DNA of 64,000 bases from an uncultured Actinomycetes bacterium (GTDB taxonomy: Bacteria > Actinomycetota > Thermoleophilia > RBG-16-64-13), in NCBI GenBank assembly GCA_963718375.1, contig CAVQZD010000004.1, positions 258,243-322,242 of the forward strand. Reading direction: 5' to 3'. The position numbers and the translations under genes are program-made. Under the pieces are notes generated by a model. It was not told the origin of the DNA. It saw nothing but the letters and a program-made list of their open reading frames with translations, and did no database searches. Within the stretch, counting starts at the first letter, position 1; every line of letters starts with the position of its first letter. This document shows positions 47,291-56,997 of the stretch, piece by piece.

Positions 47291-48851
47291 TGAAGTGACG
47301 CCGTCCGGTGATGACCATGGCCATGCCCCGCTCCTCAGCCAAGGCCAGAGACTCGTCGTCTCGCTTGGAGCCACCCGGGTGGATCACGCAGGTGGCCCTG
47401 GCGTCCGCGCACACTTCCAGAGCGTCCGGGAAGGGGAAGAAAGCATCAGAGGCTACGGCGCACCCCGCCAAGGGATGCTGCGCCCTGGTCACCGCCAGCT
47501 TGGCCGAATCCACCCGGCTCATCTGACCGGCGCCCACGCCCACCGTCATCAGATCCTTCACCAGGATGATGGCGTTGGACTTGGTGTGTTTGCACACCCG
47601 CCAGGCGAAGAGCAGATCGCCCCATTCGGCCTCGGAGGGAGTACGACTGCTGACGACCGTCATGTTCTCGCGCTGGTCGACCTCGCAGTCCCAATCCTGA
47701 ACGAGCATGCCTCCATGGATGCGCTTCATGTCGAAGGAACCACAAGTGTCGCGGGTCGGCTGGCCCGTGAGGATGCGGATGTTCTCCTTGACCGTCAGGA
47801 CCTTGAACGCCTCCTCTGAATAGCCCGGCGCCCACAGGACCTCGATGAAGTTGGTGGTGAGCAGCTTGGCCGCCGCCTCATCGATGGGCTTGTTGCAGAC
47901 TATGACGCCACCGAACGCCGAGATGGGGTCACACGACAACGCCTTCTCGTAGGCCGTCGCCACCGTCTCAGCCACGGCCACACCGCAGGGGTTGTTGTGC
48001 TTGACTATCACGCAGGCCGGCAGAGCGAACTCCTCCAGACAGCGCCGGGCGGAGTCGAGATCGAGCAGGTTGTTGAACGATAGCGGCCCACCGTGCAACT
48101 GCTCCACTGCTGCCGTCATGCTCCCATCCGTGCCCACTTCGGAGTACCAGGAGGCGCGCTGATGCGGGTTCTCCCCGTACCTCAGCTCTTGTACCTTGGC
48201 CAGCTCAAGCGTGAAGTGATCGGGGAAGTCCGCCCCTTCTTGCTCCCCGAACCAGCGGGCGATGGCCGTGTCGTAGTGAGCAGTGTGATTGAAGGCCTTG
48301 GCCGCCAGCCCACGCCTTGTCTCCAGCGACAGTTCCCCGGCGTTCTGTTTGAGTTCTGCGAGGATGCCGTCGTAATCGGCGGGGTCGGTGACTATGCCCA
48401 CGCCTGAGAAGTTCTTGGCGGCCGAACGCACCATGCTAGGGCCACCGATATCGATGTTCTCCACTGCCTCGGCTTCGCTGACGCCTCGCTGCGCCACGGT
48501 CTGCTCAAACGGATAGAGGTTGACCACCACCAAGTCTATGGGCTTGATGCCCAAGTCCTCGATGGCCTTCAGGTGGGCGGGCTTGGATCGATCGGCCAGG
48601 ATGCCTCCGTGAATGGCCGGATGCAGTGTCTTCACCCGTCCGTCCATGATCTCGGGGAAGCCTGTGACCTCGGAGATGCCGGTGATCTCCAGACCGACGT
48701 CGCGCAGGTACTTCGCCGTGCCGCCGGTAGAGATGACCTCTACGCCCATGTCGGTGAGCCCGCGTACGAAGGGCTCCAGACCGTCCTTGTCCGATACCGA
48801 CACCAATGCCCGCTTGACCTTCACTATCTCCTCCTCGCTTCCGCTATTCAA
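47283..48851 (-). CDS. purH: Bifunctional AICAR transformylase / IMP cyclohydrolase
   Basis: 522 aa with MGS-like and AICARFT/IMPCH domains ([13 protein letters not shown]..., full length). Confidence 0.9.
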   Translation of the reverse strand: MNSGSEEEIVKVKRALVSVSDKDGLEPFVRGLTDMGVEVISTGGTAKYLRDVGLEITGISEVTGFPEIMDGRVKTLHPAIHGGILADRSKPAHLKAIEDLGIKPIDLVVVNLYPFEQTVAQRGVSEAEAVENIDIGGPSMVRSAAKNFSGVGIVTDPADYDGILAELKQNAGELSLETRRGLAAKAFNHTAHYDTAIARWFGEQEGADFPDHFTLELAKVQELRYGENPHQRASWYSEVGTDGSMTAAVEQLHGGPLSFNNLLDLDSARRCLEEFALPACVIVKHNNPCGVAVAETVATAYEKALSCDPISAFGGVIVCNKPIDEAAAKLLTTNFIEVLWAPGYSEEAFKVLTVKENIRILTGQPTRDTCGSFDMKRIHGGMLVQDWDCEVDQRENMTVVSSRTPSEAEWGDLLFAWRVCKHTKSNAIILVKDLMTVGVGAGQMSRVDSAKLAVTRAQHPLAGCAVASDAFFPFPDALEVCADARATCVIHPGGSKRDDESLALAEERGMAMVITGRRHFRH

Positions 48852-48868
48852 GCGGTCACAACAGTCGA

Positions 48869-49522
48869 TTATGTTCGTTCATCCAAGTCTACCCGTACCA
48901 CCCGCGTTCCCGGAAGAGGGGGTCTGACCTTGCCTGCCGCAAGCAGGCGGATGGTCTCCGGCAGTAGCTCATGCTCCACGGCGTGGATGCGCTCCGCCAG
49001 GGTCTTCACGGTATCACCCTCTCGTATGCGAACCGCTTCCTGGGCGATGATCGGCCCGGTATCCAAGCCTTCGTCCACGAAGTGCACGGTCACTCCGGTG
49101 ATCTTGACCCCGTGCTCCAGGGCGTCCTCGATGGAACACGTGCCCGGAAAGGCCGGGAGTAGGGCCGGATGGAGGTTGATGATCCGCCATGGGAGCGCCT
49201 GTACGAAGTCCGGCGGCAGTACGCGCATGTATCCGGCCAGCACCACCAACTCGGGGTCGGCGATGCGGACGACCTTCAGCATAGCCGCCTCTTGCGCCTT
49301 GCGCGATCCGTACGAGGGCAAGGAGCAGACCTCCGTGAGGATGCCCGCCTCCTTTGCTCTTCCGATCGCCCTCGCGTCCGGCTGGTCGCTGACCACCAGC
49401 ACGATCTCCACCACCGGGCCGCCGGGCGCAGCAGGCCGTCCGTGAACCGCCTCAATGATCGCCTGCAGGTTGCTGCCGTTGCCGGAAGCGAGAACCACCA
49501 GTCGGTACGTCCCTGAGTTCAC
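48869..49522 (-). CDS. purN: Phosphoribosylglycinamide formyltransferase
   Basis: 217 aa with formyltransferase motifs (LVVLASGNGSNLQAII; INLHPALLP). Confidence 0.85.
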   Translation of the reverse strand: MNSGTYRLVVLASGNGSNLQAIIEAVHGRPAAPGGPVVEIVLVVSDQPDARAIGRAKEAGILTEVCSLPSYGSRKAQEAAMLKVVRIADPELVVLAGYMRVLPPDFVQALPWRIINLHPALLPAFPGTCSIEDALEHGVKITGVTVHFVDEGLDTGPIIAQEAVRIREGDTVKTLAERIHAVEHELLPETIRLLAAGKVRPPLPGTRVVRVDLDERT

Positions 49523-50589
49523 TCGAGCCCTTTCAAGACGACCCGCTCGGAGCCGCTCACGACCTCTCCGACCACAGAGGCCTCCTCACCCGCCGCCGTC
49601 AACACATCTAGCGCCTGCTGCGCGGCGTCACCAGGCACGATAAGCACGAAGCCGAGCCCCATGTTGAAGGCCAGGAACATCTCCGCCTGCGAGATGCCGC
49701 CCAGCTGCTGCAGAGCGCCGAAGACGGGCGGCACCGACCACCTTTGCGTATCCAACACGGCCGACGCCCCTGCGGGGACCGCCCGCGACAGGTTGCCGGC
49801 GATGCCGCCTCCCGTGATGTGCGCCATCCCCCTCACGGGCACGCCAGCGTCCAGGAGTGCGAGCACGCTCTTCACGTATATGCGCGTGGGGGTCAGTAGT
49901 ACCTCGCCGGCCGAACTGGTCGCCAGGCCGGGCAGCTTGTCACCTAGTCCCACGCCGCCTTTCTCCAGCGTCTTGCGTACCAGTGAATAGCCGTTGGAGT
50001 GGACGCCGCTCGACGCCAACCCCAGGACGGCGTCTCCCGGCTTGACTTGGGAGCCATCGATCAGCTTCTTGCGCTCCGCTATGGCCACACAAAATCCAGC
50101 CAGGTCGAACTCCCCGGGGGCGTAGAGCCCAGACATCTCGGCCATCTCCCCGCCGATCAGCGCACACCCGGCTTGGCGGCAACCCTCCGCTACCCCGGCC
50201 ACTAGCTGGGCCATCTCCGAAGGTTGTAGCCTTCCTACCGCCACGTAGTCCAAGAAGAAGAGCGGCCGCGCGCCCACCGTGAGCACGTCGTTCACCGACA
50301 TGGCCACCAGGTCGATGCCGACTGTGTCCAATCGCCCCGTTTCTTGAGCAAGGAGGATCTTGGTGCCCACACCATCTGTGCCGCTCACCAGCACAGGATC
50401 CTCGAGGCCCTTTGGCAGCTCAAAGAGGCCCGCGAACCCGCCAAGGGAGCCCAGCACTCCAGGGATGTAGGTGCTCTCGACATCCTGCTTGATCAGCCGG
50501 ACGGCCTCCTCGCCTGCTTCGACGTCCACACCCGCCGAGCGGTAGGTCAGTGCCTCCTGCCGTTGCGGGTCTTTCTCGCTCCGACTCAT
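49519..50589 (-). CDS. purM: Phosphoribosylformylglycinamidine cyclo-ligase (AIR synthetase)
   Basis: 356 aa with AIRS N- and C-domains; 4-nt overlap with purN. Confidence 0.9.
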   Translation of the reverse strand: MSRSEKDPQRQEALTYRSAGVDVEAGEEAVRLIKQDVESTYIPGVLGSLGGFAGLFELPKGLEDPVLVSGTDGVGTKILLAQETGRLDTVGIDLVAMSVNDVLTVGARPLFFLDYVAVGRLQPSEMAQLVAGVAEGCRQAGCALIGGEMAEMSGLYAPGEFDLAGFCVAIAERKKLIDGSQVKPGDAVLGLASSGVHSNGYSLVRKTLEKGGVGLGDKLPGLATSSAGEVLLTPTRIYVKSVLALLDAGVPVRGMAHITGGGIAGNLSRAVPAGASAVLDTQRWSVPPVFGALQQLGGISQAEMFLAFNMGLGFVLIVPGDAAQQALDVLTAAGEEASVVGEVVSGSERVVLKGLE

Positions 50590-50888
50590 GCTCCGTCCCC
50601 CGGCAGAGTACTGCTGGTAGTCGGAGCGGACGAGTTCGAGGGATCAGGCTGCGTGGTCGTGGTCGCTCCGCCCAGATAGCGCTGGTAGCCCTCCTTCTGG
50701 AGGATCGGGAGCCAATTGGGCAGCCTCACGGGGGTCAAGAGCACGATGATGAGAGTGACGCCGACCAGGCAGCCGGCCGCTATGCCGAGCGACCTGCGGC
50801 TGTGGTTGAGGGCCGCCAGCAGGGCAAACAGAAAGAAGGCGCTGAGCAGGAAGAACAGGGCTATGCTGACGGAGCTTCGCACAATCAC
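50586..50888 (-). CDS. Small membrane protein translationally coupled to purM (hypothetical)
   Basis: Stop overlaps the purM ATG (ATGA). ~100 aa from a GTG start, with two TM helices and a Thr/Ser/Pro tail. The upstream part of the 253-aa track ORF is antisense to the B12 riboswitch and unlikely to be coding. Confidence 0.3.
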   Translation of the reverse strand: MIVRSSVSIALFFLLSAFFLFALLAALNHSRRSLGIAAGCLVGVTLIIVLLTPVRLPNWLPILQKEGYQRYLGGATTTTQPDPSNSSAPTTSSTLPGDGA

Positions 50889-50971
50889 AGCGTACCAGAC
50901 CTGCGGTGCCGCTGCGTCCCCGTTGCCATCTGGTCCGTGGCATCTCCGCCACGCTGGTGCTACAGTCTGGT

Positions 50972-51190
50972 CAGCAAGTATGGTGCCTCTGCAGTCAGGC
51001 TCCGATATTGAGGAGCCGAGAGGGAAGCCGGTGCGAATCCGGCGCGGTCCCGCCACTGTGACCAGGGAGAGCACCCGGCTCTTGCGCCTCGCGCGAGACC
51101 GGGAACCCGAACTGGAAGTCAGATACCTGCTGCGAAGGAGGAGCAGACGCTCTCCGCGGAGAGAGCGACTCCGCCCCATTGGGGCGCCAC
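50972..51190 (+). promoter_or_regulatory. Cobalamin (B12) riboswitch
   Basis: Canonical core GAGAGGGAAGCCGGTGCGAATCCGGCGCGGTCCCGCCACTGTGACCAGGGAG (B12 box GCCACTG at 51052-51058) in the 5' leader of the btuF-like gene; RBS AAGGAG precedes the ATG at 51287. Confidence 0.65.
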
Positions 51191-51286
51191 TCGGTTCGAC
51201 CAGGCGATGGTCCGGCCGGGGAGTAGCTGAACTGCTCTCCACCATCTTGCTGGTCGTGATCATAGGTTGAACCGAAAGGAGTCCGT

Positions 51287-52270
51287 ATGAACGGACGTTC
51301 GACGCCACGCCGAAGGACGGCTTGGCTCTCCCTGGTCTTGGGCACACTGGTCTGTGCCCTCTTCATCATCGCTCTGGTCGGCGTCGCAGGATGTGGGTCT
51401 GACGACGGAACGCCCAGTTCGACGGTCACAGCGGTAGAGGCGACCTTCCCGGTCAGCCTCTCCGATGATGTGGGTAGCACCGTCACTGTGCCGGCGAAAC
51501 CCACGCGGATAGTGTCCACAGCCCCGTCAAACACCCAGACCTTGTTCGCTATCGGGGCCGGAGACCGGGTGGTGGGTGTGAACTCACTTGACGACTACCC
51601 GGCTGAAGTGGCCGATATTGCCAAGGTCGGCGACTTCCAGGTGAACACCGAAGCCGTCATGGCCCTGAGTCCCGATCTGGTGCTGGGCTACTCGGGCAAC
51701 GAAGAAGGACTCGCACCGGTCAGCGCGGCCGGCGCCCCAGTGCTCATCTTCAATCCCGCCTCGCTTGAGGGCATCTACACGAACATCACCACCATCGGGG
51801 CGGCGGTGGGCAACACTCAGGAAGCCGCGCAGTTGGTGGCCTCGATGCAGGCCGAGATCGCAGAGTTGGCCGAAGCCGCCGCAGCGACCGGCGAGTCACC
51901 CACGGTCTTCTACGTGATCGACGCCACCCAGCAGCCGTACACCGCCGGCGCGGGTACCTTCGTGGACGAGCTGCTCACTTTGGCTTCCGCGACCAATATC
52001 GCCACGGACGATGGTTACTTCGCCATGGCTCCGGAGAGCCTGTTGGCCGCCGACCCTGAGATGGTGGTGCTCTCCGGGCTCGCGTTCACCAGCGCCGACC
52101 AGTTCACCTCTGACCCGCGCTTCAGCGGACTCACCGCGGTCAAGGAAGGGCGAGTGTTCGTGCTCGACGCACAATACGACAAGCTGCTGACCGTTCCCGG
52201 ACCGCGCATCGTGGACGGTCTGAGGGGTCTGGTGGAGACCATACACCCCGACGTGGACACTGCCGAGTAA
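51287..52270 (+). CDS. ABC transporter substrate-binding lipoprotein, BtuF/FecB (TroA-like) family
   Basis: Signal peptide with lipobox (GVAGC|GSD) and a class III periplasmic-binding-protein fold; downstream of the B12 riboswitch. Confidence 0.75.
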   Translation: MNGRSTPRRRTAWLSLVLGTLVCALFIIALVGVAGCGSDDGTPSSTVTAVEATFPVSLSDDVGSTVTVPAKPTRIVSTAPSNTQTLFAIGAGDRVVGVNSLDDYPAEVADIAKVGDFQVNTEAVMALSPDLVLGYSGNEEGLAPVSAAGAPVLIFNPASLEGIYTNITTIGAAVGNTQEAAQLVASMQAEIAELAEAAAATGESPTVFYVIDATQQPYTAGAGTFVDELLTLASATNIATDDGYFAMAPESLLAADPEMVVLSGLAFTSADQFTSDPRFSGLTAVKEGRVFVLDAQYDKLLTVPGPRIVDGLRGLVETIHPDVDTAE

Positions 52271-52346
52271 GCGACCGCCTGCGCGCCGACTCCCTGCGGG
52301 AGTCGGCGCCGGTCGGGGCGCGGGCCGTCCGCGCGGCCCGCGCCCC

Positions 52347-53426
52347 GTGTCACTGCAAGGTCTTCGTTACAAGAGGAAGGCATCGGCCATGTCAACAGGG
52401 CAGCGCCGCAAAGTCTATCGCTTGGTGATGGGTCTCCTGAGCCTGGCGCTGGTCGGCGGAGTGGTCGCGGCCCTTGCGGTCGGAGCCGCGGGTCTGTCCG
52501 CCGCTGAGACCCTGCGTGCTTTTGGCGGTCTGCTACGTCACGGCTCTGAGGCCACGGGTGACTATCCCGCCTGGGCTCCGAGGCTGCTGCTCGACCTCCG
52601 TATGCCCCGCATAGTCCTCGCACTCATCGTGGGAGCGGCCCTCTCGACTTCGGGCGCTTCGTTCCAGGGTGTGTTCCGAAATCCGCTGGCCGACCCGTAT
52701 CTGCTGGGGGTCTCCGCTGGCGCGGGACTGGGCGCGACCATAGCCATCGTCGCGAGGCCTCTGGAGTCCATGGGCATCTACGGAGTCCCCCTTCTGGCGT
52801 TCGTGGGCGCGACGGCGGCGGCCTTCGTCGTCTATCGGCTGGCTACTTTTGGGGGTCTTACGGGTGGCGCATCGCTGCTTCTTTCGGGGGTGGCAGTGGG
52901 GTCCACTCTCACCGCGGTGATGTCCTTTCTCATGATAGCTACCGAGCGTGACCTACACACGGTGGTCGCCTGGCTCATGGGGGGCCTCTCCGCCGCCACT
53001 TGGACCAAGGTGTGGATCACGCTGCCCGTGGTCGGAGCCGGATTCATCTACATGATGTTTTCGGCCCGCCGCATGAACCTGCTCCTCATGGGTGAAGACC
53101 GCGCGCGCGAACTGGGGCTGGACAGTCAGCGCAGCCGCAGAAACCTGATGGTCGCGGCCGCCTTGACGACCGCCGCCGCAGTGGCCTTCGCAGGCTTGAT
53201 AGGCTTCATCGGTCTGATGGTGCCGCACATCATGCGTCTGCTGGTAGGCCCCGATCATCGACGTCTATTGCCGGCCAGCGCGCTCTTCGGCGCCCTACTG
53301 CTGTTGCTGGCTGACACAGCCGCGCGCACCGTCATGGCCCCCTCGGAGATCCCGGTAGGCATCATCACCACGGCGGTGGGCGGTCCCTTCTTCCTGTACC
53401 TACTCCGCTCTCGCAGGGGGATCTGA
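52347..53426 (+). CDS. ABC transporter permease, FecCD/BtuC family
   Basis: 359 aa, ~9-10 TM segments with conserved FecCD region. Start may be at MSTGQRR, 14 codons downstream. Confidence 0.8.
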   Translation: MSLQGLRYKRKASAMSTGQRRKVYRLVMGLLSLALVGGVVAALAVGAAGLSAAETLRAFGGLLRHGSEATGDYPAWAPRLLLDLRMPRIVLALIVGAALSTSGASFQGVFRNPLADPYLLGVSAGAGLGATIAIVARPLESMGIYGVPLLAFVGATAAAFVVYRLATFGGLTGGASLLLSGVAVGSTLTAVMSFLMIATERDLHTVVAWLMGGLSAATWTKVWITLPVVGAGFIYMMFSARRMNLLLMGEDRARELGLDSQRSRRNLMVAAALTTAAAVAFAGLIGFIGLMVPHIMRLLVGPDHRRLLPASALFGALLLLLADTAARTVMAPSEIPVGIITTAVGGPFFLYLLRSRRGI

Positions 53427-53427
53427 G

Positions 53428-54684
53428 ATGCCGCAAGCCGTCTATGATCTTCGCGCGGTCACAGTCACCCTTGGCGAGCAACAGGTGCTCGGCCCCCTCG
53501 ACCTGGCGCTGCCGCCGGGCTCGTTCATCGGCATAGTAGGACCAAACGGTTCAGGCAAGACCACGCTTCTGAGGACTCTCACCGGCGTGGTGCGACCCTC
53601 GGCCGGCGAAATCCTGCTACATGGCCGGGCCCTCGCCGGCCACAAGCCCATCGACGTAGCCCGTTCGGTCGGTGTCGTCCCCCAGGCCTTTAGTCTCGAC
53701 TTTAGCTTTACTGTTGAGGAGATGGCAGAGATGGGCAGGTACGCCCAGTCGGCCCGTGACCCGCATGGCGACCCGGCGACAGATGCGGAGTCACCCGTGA
53801 CCGCGGCCCTACGGGCTACAGGCCTCCTCGACCTGGCGGACCGCCCTGTCACCCAGCTCTCAGGCGGTGAGCGCCAGCGAGCCCTCATAGCTCAGACGCT
53901 GGCGCAGGACACTCCCACTCTGCTTCTGGACGAACCGCTCAACAACCTCGATCTAAACCACCAGCTGGAGACCATGCAGTTACTCCGGACGCTCAACTCC
54001 GAAGGCCGCACGGTGGCGATCGTCCTCCACGATCTCAACATGGCCGCCCAGTACTGCGACGGACTCGTGCTGCTGGACCATGGACTAGTCGCCGCCCAAG
54101 GTAGCCCAGAAGAGGTCCTCGACCCCCGGTTGATACTCGAGATCTTCAAGACCAGGGTGACCGTGCACCGCCAGGGCCGACGGCCATACGTGACGCCCGT
54201 CTGGTCCGAACCCGCGATCACCCCCTCTCGCCACTTGCCCGGGGTACATGTGGTAGCCGGTGGCGGCGCCGCCTCCGGCTTGATCGAGGAGCTGGTGATG
54301 CGCGGATCTACTCCCACCGTAGGCGTGGTGAGCGTCTTTGACACCGACTACGCCACCGCCCAGACCTACGAGCTGGAGATCGTATCGGCTCCCCCCTTCG
54401 AGGCCTTCTCCGCAGACACGATGCTGGAGTTCGACCGATTCGCCAAGCAGGCCGACGTGATCGTCATCGCCCCAGTGTTCTTCGGTCAGGGTAATCTAGC
54501 GCCCTTGCGAAGCACCCTCGAGGCCGCGAAGAGGGGCGTGCAAGTCATCGTGATCGACCAGCCTCCCATAGGCGAGAGGGACCTGAGCGGGGGCGAGGCG
54601 GCCGCCCTGATCGCAGAGTTGCAGAGTCACGGGGCCCTCGTTGTCGAGGGTCCCTCCCAGGCGGCAGACGCCGTCTGCGCCTAG
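53428..54684 (+). CDS. ABC transporter ATP-binding protein (BtuD/FecE-like) with ~160-aa C-terminal extra domain
   Basis: Walker A (GPNGSGKTT), signature (LSGGERQR), Walker B (LLLDEPLNNLD), H-loop; then a Rossmann-like extension (VHVVAGGGAASGLIEE...VIVIAPVFFGQGN...VQVIVIDQPP) absent from canonical BtuD. Confidence 0.75.
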   Translation: MPQAVYDLRAVTVTLGEQQVLGPLDLALPPGSFIGIVGPNGSGKTTLLRTLTGVVRPSAGEILLHGRALAGHKPIDVARSVGVVPQAFSLDFSFTVEEMAEMGRYAQSARDPHGDPATDAESPVTAALRATGLLDLADRPVTQLSGGERQRALIAQTLAQDTPTLLLDEPLNNLDLNHQLETMQLLRTLNSEGRTVAIVLHDLNMAAQYCDGLVLLDHGLVAAQGSPEEVLDPRLILEIFKTRVTVHRQGRRPYVTPVWSEPAITPSRHLPGVHVVAGGGAASGLIEELVMRGSTPTVGVVSVFDTDYATAQTYELEIVSAPPFEAFSADTMLEFDRFAKQADVIVIAPVFFGQGNLAPLRSTLEAAKRGVQVIVIDQPPIGERDLSGGEAAALIAELQSHGALVVEGPSQAADAVCA

Positions 54685-54833
54685 GCGCTAGTCGAGGGCT
54701 GCTCCTCCACGGCAGAGTCTCCCTCTAGGTCGTCAAGGCGGCTCTGGATGAGGCCCTGCTTGTGACTGAGCCAGACCAGGTAGCCGGCCACCAGAAGCCA
54801 CACTGCGCTGAAACCGAGCGCTAGATACCCCAT
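54681..54833 (-). CDS. ccmD: Heme exporter protein D (CcmD-like small membrane protein)
   Basis: Manual translation: MGYLALGFSAVWLLVAGYLVWLSHKQGLIQSRLDDLEGDSAVEEQPSTSA (50 aa, one TM), directly downstream of ccmC. Not in the ORF track because it is under 60 aa. Confidence 0.45.
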   Translation of the reverse strand: MGYLALGFSAVWLLVAGYLVWLSHKQGLIQSRLDDLEGDSAVEEQPSTSA

Positions 54834-54838
54834 ACCGC

Positions 54839-55561
54839 TCACAAGTCACCTCCGTACCGATCTTGTCTCTGCGCCAGACTGTCCACGCGTGCGCCGGCCG
54901 CCTCTATGCGCACCCTCAGAAGCAGCAGGAAGACGAACAAGAGCGTGAAGGCGGTCAGACAGACCGCCAGCACCCATACCATGGTCCTGTCCATGGCGAA
55001 GCCTCCGGACCCCAGGATGCGGGGATGCACGGTCCTCCACCACCAGATGGAGAGGAAGACTATGGGCACGTCGATCCATCCCACGATCCCGTACACGGCC
55101 GCCACGCGCGCCCGCTTGCGGCCGGGCGGCATCACTGCCCGAAGCAGCAGGTAGCCCACATAGATGAACCACAGCACAAGGGTCGTGGTCAGACGAGGTT
55201 CCCAGGTCCAAAACACGCCCCAGGCCGGCTTCGCCCACAAGGGGCCTGTCACCAGGGTGATGGTGGTGAAGAGCACTCCGATCTCTGCGGCGGCGGCGGC
55301 TATCCGGTCCAGAGCCAACTCACCCTTGACCAGATAGGCGACGCTGAAGCCGAAGACGCAGGTGAACGCCGGCCCCAGGGCTATCCAAGCACTGGGCATG
55401 TGAAAGTAGAACAGTCTCTGCACGTCGCCCATCTCGGCTTCGCGTGGAGCGATCACCAGTGCAGCCACCGTCGCGAAGACCATGGCCGCTCCCGCCGCGA
55501 TCCCCCACGCGGTCAAGGACCGACCCGTTCTCACCCTCTTAGATCTGACCATGACCATCAC
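54839..55561 (-). CDS. ccmC: Heme exporter protein C
   Basis: 240 aa, 6 TM segments, WWD domain (WGVFWTWEPRLTTTL). Confidence 0.8.
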   Translation of the reverse strand: MMVMVRSKRVRTGRSLTAWGIAAGAAMVFATVAALVIAPREAEMGDVQRLFYFHMPSAWIALGPAFTCVFGFSVAYLVKGELALDRIAAAAAEIGVLFTTITLVTGPLWAKPAWGVFWTWEPRLTTTLVLWFIYVGYLLLRAVMPPGRKRARVAAVYGIVGWIDVPIVFLSIWWWRTVHPRILGSGGFAMDRTMVWVLAVCLTAFTLLFVFLLLLRVRIEAAGARVDSLAQRQDRYGGDL

Positions 55562-55579
55562 CGCGTCCGATCCATCTCT

Positions 55580-56260
55580 TCATGCCTCTACAGCATAGTC
55601 GAATAGGACGAAACCCACTGCTGTGAAGAGCACATCGTATATGACCATGAACCATGGCCAGAACCCGATCCCACTCCAGGGATCGTCCCCAAGCAGCACC
55701 ACAGAACATCTGGAGGCGGCTATCAGCAGCGGCACCAGCAGCGGCAGCACCAGCACCGTGAGAAGCGCCCCTCTGGCCCGTATACCTGCAGTCAGTGCCG
55801 CCGCCAGAGTGCCTATCGCCGAAAGTCCGACGGCCGCCAGCACCATGATCCCCAAGAGCGCCAGCCAGGCCAGACCAAGACCCACATCGAACAGGACCCC
55901 AAAGAAGATGAGCACCAGCAGGCCGGTCGCGGACGAAAGGACCAGGCTGCTGAGCAGCTTGCCGAGATACACCACTCCTCTGTCGACGGGGCAGAGGAGC
56001 AACCCCTCAAGGCACTGCGCTTCTTTCTCGCTCTCGAAGGGCCGCCCCACGGCCAGCAGACCCGGAAAGAGAAAGGCCGCCCAGAGGACACCCGAGCGGG
56101 CCAAGTTCGACTCCGCGGCTCCGGAGTCCATGCTGAAGCTGAACACCAGCACGACCAAGAAGCCAAGCAGCGCCATGGTGATGATCGCGCTGGCCGACCG
56201 CATCTCGGTCCGCAGGTCCTTCTTGGTGATGGTCCACGCCAGGAGGAGAGTCCTTCTCAT
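55580..56260 (-). CDS. ccmB: Heme exporter protein B
   Basis: Start MRRTLLLAWT at 56260 (4-nt overlap with the ccmA stop); 6 TM segments, CcmB-like. Confidence 0.8.
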   Translation of the reverse strand: MRRTLLLAWTITKKDLRTEMRSASAIITMALLGFLVVLVFSFSMDSGAAESNLARSGVLWAAFLFPGLLAVGRPFESEKEAQCLEGLLLCPVDRGVVYLGKLLSSLVLSSATGLLVLIFFGVLFDVGLGLAWLALLGIMVLAAVGLSAIGTLAAALTAGIRARGALLTVLVLPLLVPLLIAASRCSVVLLGDDPWSGIGFWPWFMVIYDVLFTAVGFVLFDYAVEA

Positions 56261-56994
56261 GACCGCGAACCCCCTGTCGCCCCACCGGCAGCCTCCCGGC
56301 ACGCGCTCCGGTAGTCCTGTTCAAACTCGTCGCGGCTGAGGCCGGATGTCTGGGTATCCACTACCAGGCTCCCCTTGATCAGGACCGCCACGCGGTCGGC
56401 CAACGCGAGACCGGTGTCGAGATCGTGACTGGTGAGAAGCACAGTGCGCTGCCCGTCTCTTAGCCCGCCCAGTAGGCTCCCGAGCTTCTCCCGAGCCTCG
56501 TCGTCCAGACCCGTGAAGGGCTCGTCCAGCAGCAGGACCGCGGGTTCGTGCAGAAGGGCGCGTCCGACCGCCAGTCTCTGCAGCATACCCCTTGAGTAGG
56601 CGGACGCTGCGCGGTCCGCCACCCCTGACAACCCCATCTCGTCCAGGGCACGCCGAGCGACCTCTCTGACCTCGGCCAAGCCGTACAACCGTGCATAGAA
56701 CTCCAGATTCTCTCTGCCGGTCAGTTGCGGATACACGTAGGGCTGATGAGAGATCACCCCGATCTGTCGCCTGTAGGCTGAAGGGTCGCGACCGACCTCC
56801 AGACCGCCGATGCGGACACTTCCCGCGTCCGGCCGGAGCAGAGCGGCAAGGATCTTGAGCAGGGTGGTCTTGCCCGCACCGTTGGGGCCGAAGACTGCGA
56901 CCGACTCGCCACGCTCGACGTGTAAGGTGACCCCACGGAGCACGCGATCCGCGCCAAAGGAGAAGTCTATGCCGTCGGCCTCGATGGCTGCCAC
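56257..56994 (-). CDS. ccmA: Heme ABC exporter ATP-binding protein
   Basis: 245 aa with Walker A (GPNGAGKTT), signature and Walker B (LLLDEP) motifs. Confidence 0.8.
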   Translation of the reverse strand: MAAIEADGIDFSFGADRVLRGVTLHVERGESVAVFGPNGAGKTTLLKILAALLRPDAGSVRIGGLEVGRDPSAYRRQIGVISHQPYVYPQLTGRENLEFYARLYGLAEVREVARRALDEMGLSGVADRAASAYSRGMLQRLAVGRALLHEPAVLLLDEPFTGLDDEAREKLGSLLGGLRDGQRTVLLTSHDLDTGLALADRVAVLIKGSLVVDTQTSGLSRDEFEQDYRSACREAAGGATGGSRS

Positions 56995-56997
56995 AGC

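Noticed and set aside
46298-47374. Long ORFs on both strands across the repeat array (358 aa minus, 180 aa plus, 175 aa minus) with repeated ERPSMLEGPRGGVWLSTERFCAAS peptides
   Set aside because: They exist only because the 72-bp period is a multiple of 3. They overlap each other in several frames and overlap the purH 3' end. They are treated as non-coding repeat DNA.
50586-51347. 253-aa ORF upstream of purM
   Set aside because: Most of it is antisense to the cobalamin riboswitch and Arg/Ser-rich. Only the C-terminal ~100 aa hydrophobic part is kept as a low-confidence small gene.
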